Below the pieces are notes generated by a model. That model had not been told where the DNA came from. It saw nothing but the letters and a program-made list of their open reading frames with translations, and did no database searches. Shown here piece by piece: positions 21,496-31,580 of a DNA stretch of 64,000 nucleotides. The stretch is taken from assembly GCF_056746865.1 (NCBI RefSeq), contig NZ_CM163382.1. One strand, given 5' to 3'. Position 1 is the stretch's first letter; every line of letters starts with the position of its first letter. A program made the translations under genes and the position numbers.

Positions 21496-22242
21496 ATGAT
21501 CGTTTTAGTAACTGGAGCAACGGCAGGTTTTGGTGAATGCATTACTCGTCGTTTTATTCAACAAGGGCATAAAGTTATCGCCACTGGCCGTCGCCAGGAG
21601 CGGTTGCAGGAGTTAAAAGACGAACTGGGAGATAATCTTTATATCGCCCAACTGGACGTTCGCAACCGCGCCGCTATTGAAGAGATGCTGGCATCGCTTC
21701 CTGCCGAGTGGAGCAATATTGATATCCTGGTAAATAATGCCGGCCTGGCGTTGGGCATGGAGCCTGCGCATAAAGCCAGCGTTGAAGACTGGGAAACGAT
21801 GATTGATACCAACAATAAAGGCCTGGTATATATGACGCGCGCCGTCTTACCGGGTATGGTTGAACGTAATCATGGTCATATTATTAACATTGGCTCAACG
21901 GCAGGTAGCTGGCCGTATGCCGGTGGTAACGTTTACGGTGCGACGAAAGCGTTTGTTCGTCAGTTTAGCCTGAATCTGCGTACGGACCTGCATGGTACGG
22001 CGGTGCGCGTCACCGACATCGAACCGGGTCTGGTGGGTGGCACCGAGTTTTCCAATGTCCGCTTTAAAGGCGATGACGGTAAAGCGGAAAAAACCTATCA
22101 AAATACCGTTGCATTGACGCCAGAAGATGTCAGCGAAGCCGTCTGGTGGGTATCAACGCTGCCTGCTCACGTTAATATCAATACCCTGGAAATGATGCCG
22201 GTTACCCAAAGCTATGCCGGACTGAATGTCCACCGTCAGTAA
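21496..22242 (+). CDS. ydfG: NADP+-dependent 3-hydroxy acid dehydrogenase (SDR family)
   Basis: Start at MIVLVTGATAGFG (248 aa); Rossmann TGxxxGxG motif and YGATK active-site motif. Confidence 0.92.
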   Translation: MIVLVTGATAGFGECITRRFIQQGHKVIATGRRQERLQELKDELGDNLYIAQLDVRNRAAIEEMLASLPAEWSNIDILVNNAGLALGMEPAHKASVEDWETMIDTNNKGLVYMTRAVLPGMVERNHGHIINIGSTAGSWPYAGGNVYGATKAFVRQFSLNLRTDLHGTAVRVTDIEPGLVGGTEFSNVRFKGDDGKAEKTYQNTVALTPEDVSEAVWWVSTLPAHVNINTLEMMPVTQSYAGLNVHRQ

Positions 22243-22330
22243 TTTTTATACCCGGCGTAACTGCCGGGTTATTGCTTGTCACAAAAAAGTGGTAGACTCA
22301 TGCAGTTAACTCACTCACAAGCAAGAACGA

Positions 22331-23017
22331 ATGACCGTCGAAACGCAACTTAATCCCACACAGCCTGTCAATCAGCAGATTTATCGTATTCTTCGTCGCG
22401 ACATTGTCCATTGCCTGATTGCACCAGGCACACCGTTGTCGGAAAAAGAAGTTTCTGTTCGTTTCAATGTGTCACGCCAGCCGGTTCGTGAAGCCTTTAT
22501 TAAACTGGCGGAAAACGGCCTGATTCAAATTCGTCCGCAGCGTGGCAGCTACGTCAACAAAATTTCCATGGCCCAGGTGCGCAACGGCAGTTTTATCCGT
22601 CAGGCCATTGAGTGCGCGGTGGCGCGTCGGGCGGCGAGCATGATTACCGAAAGCCAGTGCTACCAACTGGAACAAAATCTTCACCAGCAACGCATTGCCA
22701 TTGAGCGCAAGCAACTGGATGATTTTTTTGAACTTGATGACAACTTCCATCAACTCCTGACGCAGATTGCCGACTGTCAACTGGCGTGGGATACCATTGA
22801 GAACCTGAAAGCGACCGTTGATCGCGTGCGCTATATGAGTTTCGACCACGTTTCTCCACCAGAAATGCTGTTACGCCAGCATCTTGAGATTTTCTCTGCC
22901 CTGCAAAAACGTGATGGCGATGCGGTAGAACGTGCAATGACGCAACATTTGCAGGAAATCAGCGAATCCGTGCGCCAGATCCGCCAGGAAAACAGCGACT
23001 GGTTTAGCGAAGAGTAA
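22331..23017 (+). CDS. rspR: GntR/FadR-family transcriptional regulator
   Basis: 228-aa ORF with an N-terminal winged-HTH (ydfH); synteny. Confidence 0.88.
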   Translation: MTVETQLNPTQPVNQQIYRILRRDIVHCLIAPGTPLSEKEVSVRFNVSRQPVREAFIKLAENGLIQIRPQRGSYVNKISMAQVRNGSFIRQAIECAVARRAASMITESQCYQLEQNLHQQRIAIERKQLDDFFELDDNFHQLLTQIADCQLAWDTIENLKATVDRVRYMSFDHVSPPEMLLRQHLEIFSALQKRDGDAVERAMTQHLQEISESVRQIRQENSDWFSEE

Positions 23018-23193
23018 TTCATTTCCTCTCATCCCATTCGGGGTGAGAGTCTCTCCCCCCGCCTTATGGCTCATGCATGCATCAAAAAAGATGTGAGCTT
23101 GATCAAAAACAAAAAATATTTCACTCGACAGGAGTATTTATATTGCGCCCGTTACGTGGGCTTCGACTGTAAATCAGAAAGGAGAAAACACCT

Positions 23194-23397
23194 ATGACGA
23201 CCTACGATCGTAACCGTAACGCAATCACCACTGGCAGCCGTGTTATGGTTAGCGGCACCGGTCACACTGGCAAGATCCTGTCGATTGATACTGAAGGTCT
23301 GACCGCTGAGCAAATCCGCCGCGGAAAAACCGTAGTTGTTGAAGGTTGTGAAGAGAAACTGGCACCTCTGGACCTGATTCGTCTCGGCATGAACTAA
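23194..23397 (+). CDS. ydfZ: small protein YdfZ (putative selenium-binding)
   Basis: 67-aa ORF preceded by a strong SD (GGAGAA); synteny. Confidence 0.8.
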
Positions 23398-23432
23398 GCG
23401 TGTGAATGCCGCCGATGGCGGCATTGCTTTTT

Positions 23433-24893
23433 TTACTTCACGGAATATTTCGCAACGGTCGCTTTCGCACCATGCGCTAATAAAGACAAGTACGCTTCCG
23501 TCACTTTTGCAGTAAACAAGCTATTGTCTGGCAAATCATCACCAAAGATCGCCTTAATCGCCAGCAATGACTGGACGCGCGCTTTCCCTTCGGCACTACT
23601 TTGTACAGCCTTCTGAATAACAGGTAACAGTGGGTCACTGATTTCTATCGGATTTCCCTGTTCATCAACACCACCGACATAACGCATCCAACCTGCGACG
23701 CCCAGCGCCAGCAGATCGAACTTGCTGTCATGCGCCAGATGCCAGCGAACAGAATCCAACATCCGCTGTGGCAATTTCTGGCTGCCATCCATCGCAATCT
23801 GCCAGGTTCGATGACGTAGCGCCGGGTTGCTATAGCGTTCAATTAATCGGTTAGCGTAATCTTGCAAATCAACGCCCTGCACTTTCAACGTCGGCGCTTG
23901 TTCCTGCAACATCAAGGCATACGCTGCATGACGATAATGTTCATCTTCCATGCAGTCATTAATGTGCTGATATCCGGCAAGATACCCCAGATACGCCAGG
24001 AATGAATGACTGCCGTTGAGCATGCGCAACTTCATCTCTTCATAAGGCAGCACATCACTAACCAGTTCGGCTCCCGCTTTTTCCCATTCCGGACGTCCGG
24101 CAACAAAGTTATCTTCTATTACCCACTGGCGGAAAGGTTCACAGGCAACGCCAGCAGGATCGCGCACACCGGTAAGTTGTTCGATTTTCGCCAGCGTATC
24201 CTCTGTCACTGCGGGCACAATACGGTCCACCATTGTTGATGGGAAAGTCACGTTTACTTCGATCCATTGTGCCAGTTTTACATCAACAGCTTGCGCGTAG
24301 GAAGTGACAACGTCACGCATAACATGACCGTTTTCTGGCATGTTGTCACATGACATGACGGTAAATGCGGGAAGTCCTGCCGCTTTACGGCGAGCCAGCG
24401 CCTCAACAATCACCCCTGTTGCAGTTTTCGGCTGGTGGGGATTTTGCACGTCGGCAGCGACCATCGGGTGATCGAGCATTAACTGTCCGGTCGCCGGAGA
24501 GTGGAAATACCCTTTTTCGGTGATTGTCAGAGAGACAATCGCGATTTGCGGTTCACACATCGCAGCCAACACGGTTTCTAAGCCATCTATCTGTACGTGC
24601 AAGGCTTTTTTAACGACGCCAACGACGCGAGCCGTCCACGCATCGGCCGACATTTCCGCAACGGTATAAAGATTATCTTGCTGTTGTAAATCGGCAATTT
24701 GCTGTTCGCCGCCGATTAAATTGACCTCATAATATCCCCAATCACTGAAATGTTTTGTAGCAAGAATATCGGCATACACGCCCTGATGCGCACGGTGAAA
24801 TGCGCCAAAGCCTAAATGAACAATTCTTGGGGCCAAGTTATTACGATCATAAACAGGGAGCGTCGCTTTTGCTGATAACAAATTATTTCCCAT
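23433..24893 (-). CDS. ydfI: mannitol dehydrogenase-family oxidoreductase
   Basis: 486-aa ORF; Rossmann-type N-terminus ([12 protein letters not shown]); synteny. Confidence 0.88.
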   Translation of the reverse strand: MGNNLLSAKATLPVYDRNNLAPRIVHLGFGAFHRAHQGVYADILATKHFSDWGYYEVNLIGGEQQIADLQQQDNLYTVAEMSADAWTARVVGVVKKALHVQIDGLETVLAAMCEPQIAIVSLTITEKGYFHSPATGQLMLDHPMVAADVQNPHQPKTATGVIVEALARRKAAGLPAFTVMSCDNMPENGHVMRDVVTSYAQAVDVKLAQWIEVNVTFPSTMVDRIVPAVTEDTLAKIEQLTGVRDPAGVACEPFRQWVIEDNFVAGRPEWEKAGAELVSDVLPYEEMKLRMLNGSHSFLAYLGYLAGYQHINDCMEDEHYRHAAYALMLQEQAPTLKVQGVDLQDYANRLIERYSNPALRHRTWQIAMDGSQKLPQRMLDSVRWHLAHDSKFDLLALGVAGWMRYVGGVDEQGNPIEISDPLLPVIQKAVQSSAEGKARVQSLLAIKAIFGDDLPDNSLFTAKVTEAYLSLLAHGAKATVAKYSVK

Positions 24894-24982
24894 AACAATT
24901 CCTTAAATTTAAATATGGCAAGCTGCATGTTTTGTTATATGAATAAAAAATCCCCTCTCCGGTAAGAGAAGGGATGGAGGAT

Positions 24983-26350
24983 TTACAGACTTCTTGAAGG
25001 TTGCGCAGCTGTTACAACACGCGGTTGATCTTCCGCGGCATCTTCCAGTGCACTTAAATCACGGTCTCTCACTTCTGGCATTTTCAGCGCAGAGATTAAA
25101 CCAATCACTGAATATGCCATGATCATAATGGCGATCGGATACCAGGATTCCGTCATGGTGCAGAAAATACCCGCCAGGATAGGACCAAAACCGGAAGCGA
25201 TAAGACCACCAATTTCTTTAGAAATCGCCATCCGGGTAAAGCGGTTTTTACAGCCGAACATTTCTGCCATGGTAATGTTTTCCAGAGCAAATAATCCCAG
25301 CACCGCACAGTTATGAATCACAATCAGTGCAACCATAATGGTGCTCGGGGCATAGCTTTTATCTACGATGATAGAAAGCATTGGCCACGCCAGCACAATC
25401 GCAGAGGTATTCATAATAATATACGGGATCCGGCGACCTATTTTATCGGATAACCAACCAAGGAACGGAATGGTCATAAAGCCGAGAATCGAACTGATCA
25501 TCAATGCATCTGTTGGAATTGCTTTGTTAAACAATAACGTCTGCACTAAATAGCCTGCAAGGAAAGTCTGAATTAAACCGGAGTTACCAGCCTGACCAAA
25601 ACGCAGCCCTGTTGCCAGCCAGAAGGATTTGCTCTGGAACATGCTACCAGCAGGTGCAGGTTTTGCTGTCGGTTGGTTGCTGTCGTTAACCTTCTCAAAG
25701 ACCGGGCTTTCTTTCAGATTCATACGCAACCAGATAGCAAAGACCATCACGACAACGCTCGCCAGGAACGGTATACGCCATCCCCACGCAAGCAGTTCCT
25801 CTTTACTGAGAATGAAGAACATAAAGGCCCAGATTGCCGTTGCGCTCAAGGTTCCGCAGTTAGTCCCCATAGCAACAAATGAGGAGATAATTCCGCGCTT
25901 ACCTTTTGGTGCATATTCCGCCAGCATCGTGCCGGCACCGGAAATTTCCGCGCCTGCCCCCAGCCCCTGAATAATACGCAGCGTCACCAGCAAAATTGGC
26001 GCAAACACACCAATTTGTGCATAGGTCGGCAGCACACCAATTAAGGTAGTACAGATCCCCATCATAGTGATGGTAATAAAGAGCACTTTTTTACGCCCGA
26101 TTCTGTCGCCCATTTTGCCGAAAATAAATGCTCCGACAATACGCGCCACATAACCTGCACCGTAGGTTCCCATTGCCAGAATTAACGCCATTGCCGTTGA
26201 TGATTCAGGAAAAAATATTTCATGAAACACTAACGCTGCGCCGAGCGAATATAACTGGAAATCCATAAATTCAAGCGCAGTGCCCAGCCATCCCGATACT
26301 GCTGCTTTCACCAAATCCTTAGTGCTTCTTTCGTGTTTTTCTATTGTCAT
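24983..26350 (-). CDS. ydfJ: MFS metabolite:H+ symporter, full-length
   Basis: 455-aa uninterrupted ORF with multiple TM segments, immediately upstream of rspB. Confidence 0.88.
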   Translation of the reverse strand: MTIEKHERSTKDLVKAAVSGWLGTALEFMDFQLYSLGAALVFHEIFFPESSTAMALILAMGTYGAGYVARIVGAFIFGKMGDRIGRKKVLFITITMMGICTTLIGVLPTYAQIGVFAPILLVTLRIIQGLGAGAEISGAGTMLAEYAPKGKRGIISSFVAMGTNCGTLSATAIWAFMFFILSKEELLAWGWRIPFLASVVVMVFAIWLRMNLKESPVFEKVNDSNQPTAKPAPAGSMFQSKSFWLATGLRFGQAGNSGLIQTFLAGYLVQTLLFNKAIPTDALMISSILGFMTIPFLGWLSDKIGRRIPYIIMNTSAIVLAWPMLSIIVDKSYAPSTIMVALIVIHNCAVLGLFALENITMAEMFGCKNRFTRMAISKEIGGLIASGFGPILAGIFCTMTESWYPIAIMIMAYSVIGLISALKMPEVRDRDLSALEDAAEDQPRVVTAAQPSRSL

Positions 26351-26407
26351 AATGGTTATCTCTAAAAAAGAGGTAAGATGCGTACTACTTACTCGCCGTT
26401 ATTGGTA

Positions 26408-27427
26408 TTATTCAGAAAAAGTGAGTAAGACTTTGCAGCAATGCTTTTGATCCTGTTCAAATAAACTAATGGCATCAGCAACATGCTGGAAATCAAACGT
26501 ATGGGTAATTAGTTTTTCTGGTTTAATTAACCCTTTACTTAACCAGTCGATAACGACCGGGAATTTATTTGCATTTAAGCGTGAAGAGAAAATAGAGAGT
26601 TCTTTTCCGGTAATTCCTTGCTGAATCACTTCAGACGGTTCACTGGAGAAGCCCATCAATACAATACGTGCCGCTGGAGAAGCCAGCGTTACGGCTTCTT
26701 TCAGGATTGAAGGATGACAAGCCGCATCGATAATTAATGTCGGCTTTATGCCTTTTTCAGCGAAAATCTCGCCAAGCGGTGTCTGGCTGTTATTAATCGC
26801 CCAGTCTGCCCCGCTCTCTTTCGCTTTTTCCAGTCGTTCATCAATGCGATCGGCAACAATCACATTCTTAACGTTATAGACGCCTTTTAATACCTGAACG
26901 ATCGTCAGGCCGATTGGACCGGCACCGTAAACCAGAACGGTATCATTTTCAGTCGGTTGACCATGACCGGTAACGTTAGCCGCAATGGTAAAAGGTTCGA
27001 TCATCACCGCATATTGATCGGCCACTGCTTCAGGAATTTTCCACGCATTTTTTGCCGGCACCACGGCATATTCACTGAAACCACCGTCAGCGTGCACACC
27101 TAATACAGCCAGTGTCGTACAAACGTTCGGCTTACCTATAGAGCACGGATAGCAATGCCCACAGCTGACCACCGGATCGACAGCAACGCGTTCACCGACT
27201 CTGGCGCTTTCCACGCCTTCACCCACTGCATCAATGACGCCAAAGAATTCATGACCAATGACGCGCGGATATTTCGCAAAAGGATTATGCCCACGATAAA
27301 TATGGCTATCTGAACCACAAATTCCGGCAAGTTTCACTTTTACTCGTACTTCACCCGCTGACGGGGTGGGTATTTCGCGTTCGATAATTGCCAGTTGATT
27401 CGGTTTTTCAATTAAAATGCTTTTCAT
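26408..27427 (-). CDS. rspB: starvation-sensing protein RspB (zinc-dependent dehydrogenase)
   Basis: Start trimmed to MKSILIEK (339 aa); zinc-ADH motifs GHEFFGVI and CGHCYPC. Confidence 0.92.
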   Translation of the reverse strand: MKSILIEKPNQLAIIEREIPTPSAGEVRVKVKLAGICGSDSHIYRGHNPFAKYPRVIGHEFFGVIDAVGEGVESARVGERVAVDPVVSCGHCYPCSIGKPNVCTTLAVLGVHADGGFSEYAVVPAKNAWKIPEAVADQYAVMIEPFTIAANVTGHGQPTENDTVLVYGAGPIGLTIVQVLKGVYNVKNVIVADRIDERLEKAKESGADWAINNSQTPLGEIFAEKGIKPTLIIDAACHPSILKEAVTLASPAARIVLMGFSSEPSEVIQQGITGKELSIFSSRLNANKFPVVIDWLSKGLIKPEKLITHTFDFQHVADAISLFEQDQKHCCKVLLTFSE

Positions 27428-27438
27428 TATCTTACTCC

Positions 27439-28653
27439 TTACCAGTTCCACAGCGTGCCATCTTCCAGACGTGCGACTGGCAGATAAGCAGGTTCATAGG
27501 GATATTTCGCCGCCAGCTTTTCATCGAATTCGATGCCAAGACCCGGTTTGTCTCCCGGATGCATATAGCCGTTATCGAAAGTCCAGTTGTGCGGGAAGAC
27601 TTCAAGCATTTGTTCGGAATAACCCATGTATTCCTGGACACCGAAATTGGGGACCCACAGATCAAAGTGCAGCGCCGCAGCCATGCAGACTGGTGACAAA
27701 TCGGAAGGACCGTGTGAGCCAGTACGTACCTGATACAACGAAGCAAAATCGGCAATCCGGCGCATACCGGTAATTCCGCCTGCATGGGTCAGCGTGGTGC
27801 GGATATAATCGATAAGTTGCTCTTCAATCAGTTGCTTGCAGTCCCAGATGCTGTTGAAGACTTCACCCACCGCGATGGGTGTGACGGTATGTTGGCGAAT
27901 GAGACGGAAGCATTCCTGGTTTTCCGCAGGCGTCGGGTCTTCCATCCAGAACATGCGATAATCTTCAATGCTTTTACCAAAGCGCGCCGCTTCAATAGGC
28001 GTTAAGCGATGGTGCATGTCATGCAGCAAATGTTCATTAAAACCAAACTTGTTACGTACCGCGTCAAACAATTTCGGCATGAAATCGAGGTATTTCTCCG
28101 TCGACCACAACTGCTCTTCCGGCCACTGTCCTTTGGTTGCGGGTTCATAAGCCAGACCTTTGCCTTTCGACATGCCGTAGGTGGTTTTCATACCAGGGAT
28201 TCCGCACTGCACGCGGATGGCTTTGAATCCCAGCTCCTGATGACGGGCATAATCATCCAGAGCTTCATCAATACTGTGACCGGTGGTATGGCAATAAACC
28301 ATCACCCCTTCACGAGACGCGCCGCCGAGTAACTGGTAAAGCGGCATGTTGGCAGCTTTGGCTTTAATATCCCACAGCGCCATATCAACCGCTGAAATGG
28401 CCGACATCGTCACCGGACCGCGACGCCAGTAAGCACCTTTATAGAAAAACTGCCAGATATCTTCGATACGGTGTGCATCGCGACCAATAAGCTGCGGACA
28501 AAGGTGATCCTGCAAATAAGAGGCCACGGAAAGCTCACGTCCATTGAGGGTGGCATCCCCAAGGCCCGTAATACCGTCCTCAGTGGTGATTTTTAATGTG
28601 ACGAAATTACGCCCCGGACAGGTAACAAAAACTTCAGCCTTTACGATCTTCAT
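27439..28653 (-). CDS. rspA: starvation-sensing protein RspA (enolase-superfamily mannonate dehydratase-like)
   Basis: Start trimmed to MKIVKAEVF (404 aa); operon with rspB. Confidence 0.92.
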
Positions 28654-28858
28654 GTTCGATTCCTTGCATCGCTTGTCGTGATGCATGAAATCTACGCAAC
28701 TGAGCTACTACCATACAAGTATGAAGATCGAAAAAAGCCGGAGTGATCACAAAAAAAGGCGTATATTTGCGCCGTGAATGGTTGACAAAAGATGAAATAG
28801 AATACCTTTTGTCAGCTGACACTTCCTTGTATCTTATTGATAAAATGGATTTATGTCC

Positions 28859-29185
28859 TTACGCGCGCCCCCAGCCCGCAACAATGATCAACATGCCGCA
28901 AAGCGCAATCAACGCCCCCGTCCAGTCATAAAGACTCAGTTTCACGCCATCCACAACGCGCAGCCACATCAACGCCGTGCAGACATAAACGCCACCATAA
29001 GCCGCGTAAACACGCCCACTCGCCGCAGGATGCAACGTTAACAACCAGACAAACAGTGCCAGAGAAATCCCCGCCGGAAGCAACAGCCAGATACTGGCGT
29101 TTCGTTTTAACCACAACCAGGGCAGAAAGCATCCAATAATTTCACACAGCGCAGTAGCAAAAAATAGTAACGTTGTTTTAATCAT
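28859..29185 (-). CDS. ynfA: UPF0060-family small inner membrane protein
   Basis: 108-aa hydrophobic ORF from MIKTTLLFF; synteny. Confidence 0.85.
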
Positions 29186-29319
29186 CTTTGTCACTTATTG
29201 ACATCATGTATAGTTATAGGACGACATAATATCATCAATATAAACATCCTCCTGGTACGTTTTGCGTTCGCAGTGGATGGTGTAGAATCACCTTTAATCA
29301 TTCATACAGGGAATGAATT

Positions 29320-29661
29320 ATGAAAATTACTCTCAGCAAACGAATTGGCCTGCTCGCTTTTCTGCTGCCTTGCGCACTGGCATTGAGCACAACTGTTCAT
29401 GCCGAAACTAACAAACTGGTGATTGAGTCTGGCGACAGTGCGCAAAGCCGCCAGCACGCCGCTATGGAAAAAGAGCAATGGAATGACACGCGCAATCTGC
29501 GCCAGAAAGTGAATAAACGCACTGAAAAAGAGTGGGATAAAGCCGACGCCGCTTTTGATAACCGCGATAAATGTGAGCAAAGCGCCAACATCAATGCCTA
29601 CTGGGAGCCAAATACTTTGCGCTGCCTGGACCGTCGAACTGGCCGCGTTATTACCCCCTAA
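29320..29661 (+). CDS. ynfB: DUF1283-family secreted protein
   Basis: 113-aa ORF with an N-terminal signal peptide. Confidence 0.85.
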
Positions 29662-29695
29662 CCTGTTATTGATTTAAGGAATGTAAGGACACGTT

Positions 29696-30256
29696 ATGCC
29701 AAGCGCCCACAGTGTTAAGCTACGCCCGCTGGAGCGTGAAGATTTACGCTATGTACATCAACTCGACAATAACGCCAGTGTGATGCGTTACTGGTTTGAG
29801 GAACCCTACGAAGCCTTTGTTGAACTCTCTGATCTGTACGATAAGCATATTCACGATCAGAGCGAACGGCGCTTTGTGGTGGAATGTGACGGCGAAAAAG
29901 CCGGTCTGGTGGAGCTGGTGGAAATTAACCATGTTCATCGCCGCGCAGAATTTCAGATAATTATCTCCCCGGAATATCAGGGGAAAGGTCTGGCAACGCG
30001 TGCCGCAAAATTAGCAATGGACTATGGCTTCACCGTTCTCAATCTCTATAAGCTGTATCTGATCGTCGATAAAGAGAATGAAAAAGCGATACACATTTAC
30101 CGCAAGCTTGGCTTTACGGTTGAAGGTGAATTGATGCATGAGTTCTTTATTAATGGTCAATATCGGAATGCCATTCGCATGTGCATATTCCAGCATCAGT
30201 ATCTGGCAGAGCACAAAACACCGGGTCAGACTCTCCTGAAGCCGACCGCACAATAG
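29696..30256 (+). CDS. speG: spermidine N1-acetyltransferase (GNAT)
   Basis: 186-aa ORF recognised as SpeG; synteny. Confidence 0.93.
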   Translation: MPSAHSVKLRPLEREDLRYVHQLDNNASVMRYWFEEPYEAFVELSDLYDKHIHDQSERRFVVECDGEKAGLVELVEINHVHRRAEFQIIISPEYQGKGLATRAAKLAMDYGFTVLNLYKLYLIVDKENEKAIHIYRKLGFTVEGELMHEFFINGQYRNAIRMCIFQHQYLAEHKTPGQTLLKPTAQ

Positions 30257-30258
30257 CA

Positions 30259-30969
30259 TTAATAATAATCGATAGTATTTTTGATGGTGTAAACCCGTTC
30301 GATGGCGGGTTTTACTCCTTCATCAACAATGATTAGCTGACAGTCCACCGGATTGGCGTGACTGTCATATTCACAGCTCTGTTTTACATTACCAACTCTT
30401 TGATTATTCAGTATAGTAACCGCTGTGTAATCTAATTTTTTGATCGGGTCCGTTGATGGCGTGGCGCTAACAGATAATGTTTTGTCGTGACTTTTCGTGG
30501 TTTTACCCAGCGGATACCCCTGATCATCATAGCGATATTCCATCTGCATCTGTTTGCTGCTGGCTTTAATCACAAAGCCATTATCATCGGTTTCCCAACT
30601 CACCCCGGCAGAAGGTAATTCTGCTAGCTGGCATTTTCCCTGCAAACGAACTCTTTTCTCCAGTGTCTGGGCATCACGGTAATAATTGGCGTCCAGTACC
30701 AGGGCAACCACGGTATTATTTTCCAGATCCAGTAATTCGAGTGAATCAAAACAGCCTTCTTCCGACAAAGTCCCCGAAACACGTTTCGTCACTTCACCTT
30801 GCTCATCCATTAATGTCTGAGTGAAATCTTTTACCGGACCACGCAGCGGATCAAAATCGAATTCATTAGAGAAACTGGCCATCTCAGGGGTAAATGAAAG
30901 TGTTACCTCTGTTCGGTCACATCCTGTGAGGAATATCGCGAGTAAGCATGGCAGTAATTTGTATTTCAC
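30259..30969 (-). CDS. ynfC: UPF0257-family lipoprotein
   Basis: Probable GTG start giving MKYKLLPCLLAIFLTGC (lipobox LTGC), 236 aa; the ORF track extends it upstream. Confidence 0.8.
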   Translation of the reverse strand: MKYKLLPCLLAIFLTGCDRTEVTLSFTPEMASFSNEFDFDPLRGPVKDFTQTLMDEQGEVTKRVSGTLSEEGCFDSLELLDLENNTVVALVLDANYYRDAQTLEKRVRLQGKCQLAELPSAGVSWETDDNGFVIKASSKQMQMEYRYDDQGYPLGKTTKSHDKTLSVSATPSTDPIKKLDYTAVTILNNQRVGNVKQSCEYDSHANPVDCQLIIVDEGVKPAIERVYTIKNTIDYY

Positions 30970-31076
30970 AACAGTCACCAGAGAGTAGAGATGATTCTCA
31001 ATCATAGTAGCAAATACAGTACTTTACACGTTAAATGCTATGCTTAAAGAAGTTATCTTCGCGTAAGGAGCTTATG

Positions 31077-31382
31077 ATGAAACTCTCAACCTGCTGTGCC
31101 GCGCTTCTGCTCGCCCTCGCCTCACCCGCGGTACTCGCCGCGCCGGGATCCTGTGAGCGCATACAGAGCGATATATCACAGCGCATTATCAATAATGGCG
31201 TACCCGAAAGCAGCTTCACGTTAAGTATTGTACCCAATGACCAGGTTGATCAGCCTGATTCCCAGGTCGTCGGGCATTGCGCTAATGATACGCATAAAAT
31301 TCTCTACACCCGCACCACCAGCGGTAACGTCTCTGCTCCCGCGCAGTCTACCCAGGATGGCGCGCCTGCCGAACCGCAGTAA
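31077..31382 (+). CDS. ynfD: DUF1161-family secreted protein
   Basis: Start at MKLSTCCAALLLALASPAVLA (signal peptide), preceded by SD AAGGAG; 101 aa. Confidence 0.85.
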   Translation: MKLSTCCAALLLALASPAVLAAPGSCERIQSDISQRIINNGVPESSFTLSIVPNDQVDQPDSQVVGHCANDTHKILYTRTTSGNVSAPAQSTQDGAPAEPQ

Positions 31383-31580
31383 CACATTATCGACTGAACG
31401 CCGGATACGACACATCCGGCGATTTGAACATACAACATAATCCCACCTTATTACTCATACCCTTCTATTGATATGGATTAATAATTCTTAACCCAAAATG
31501 GGTAGACTCCCTCTATTGTTAGCGCGCTAAATATTCAATATATAAACTTTTATATAACGATAAAGATCAGGGAGTGAGTT

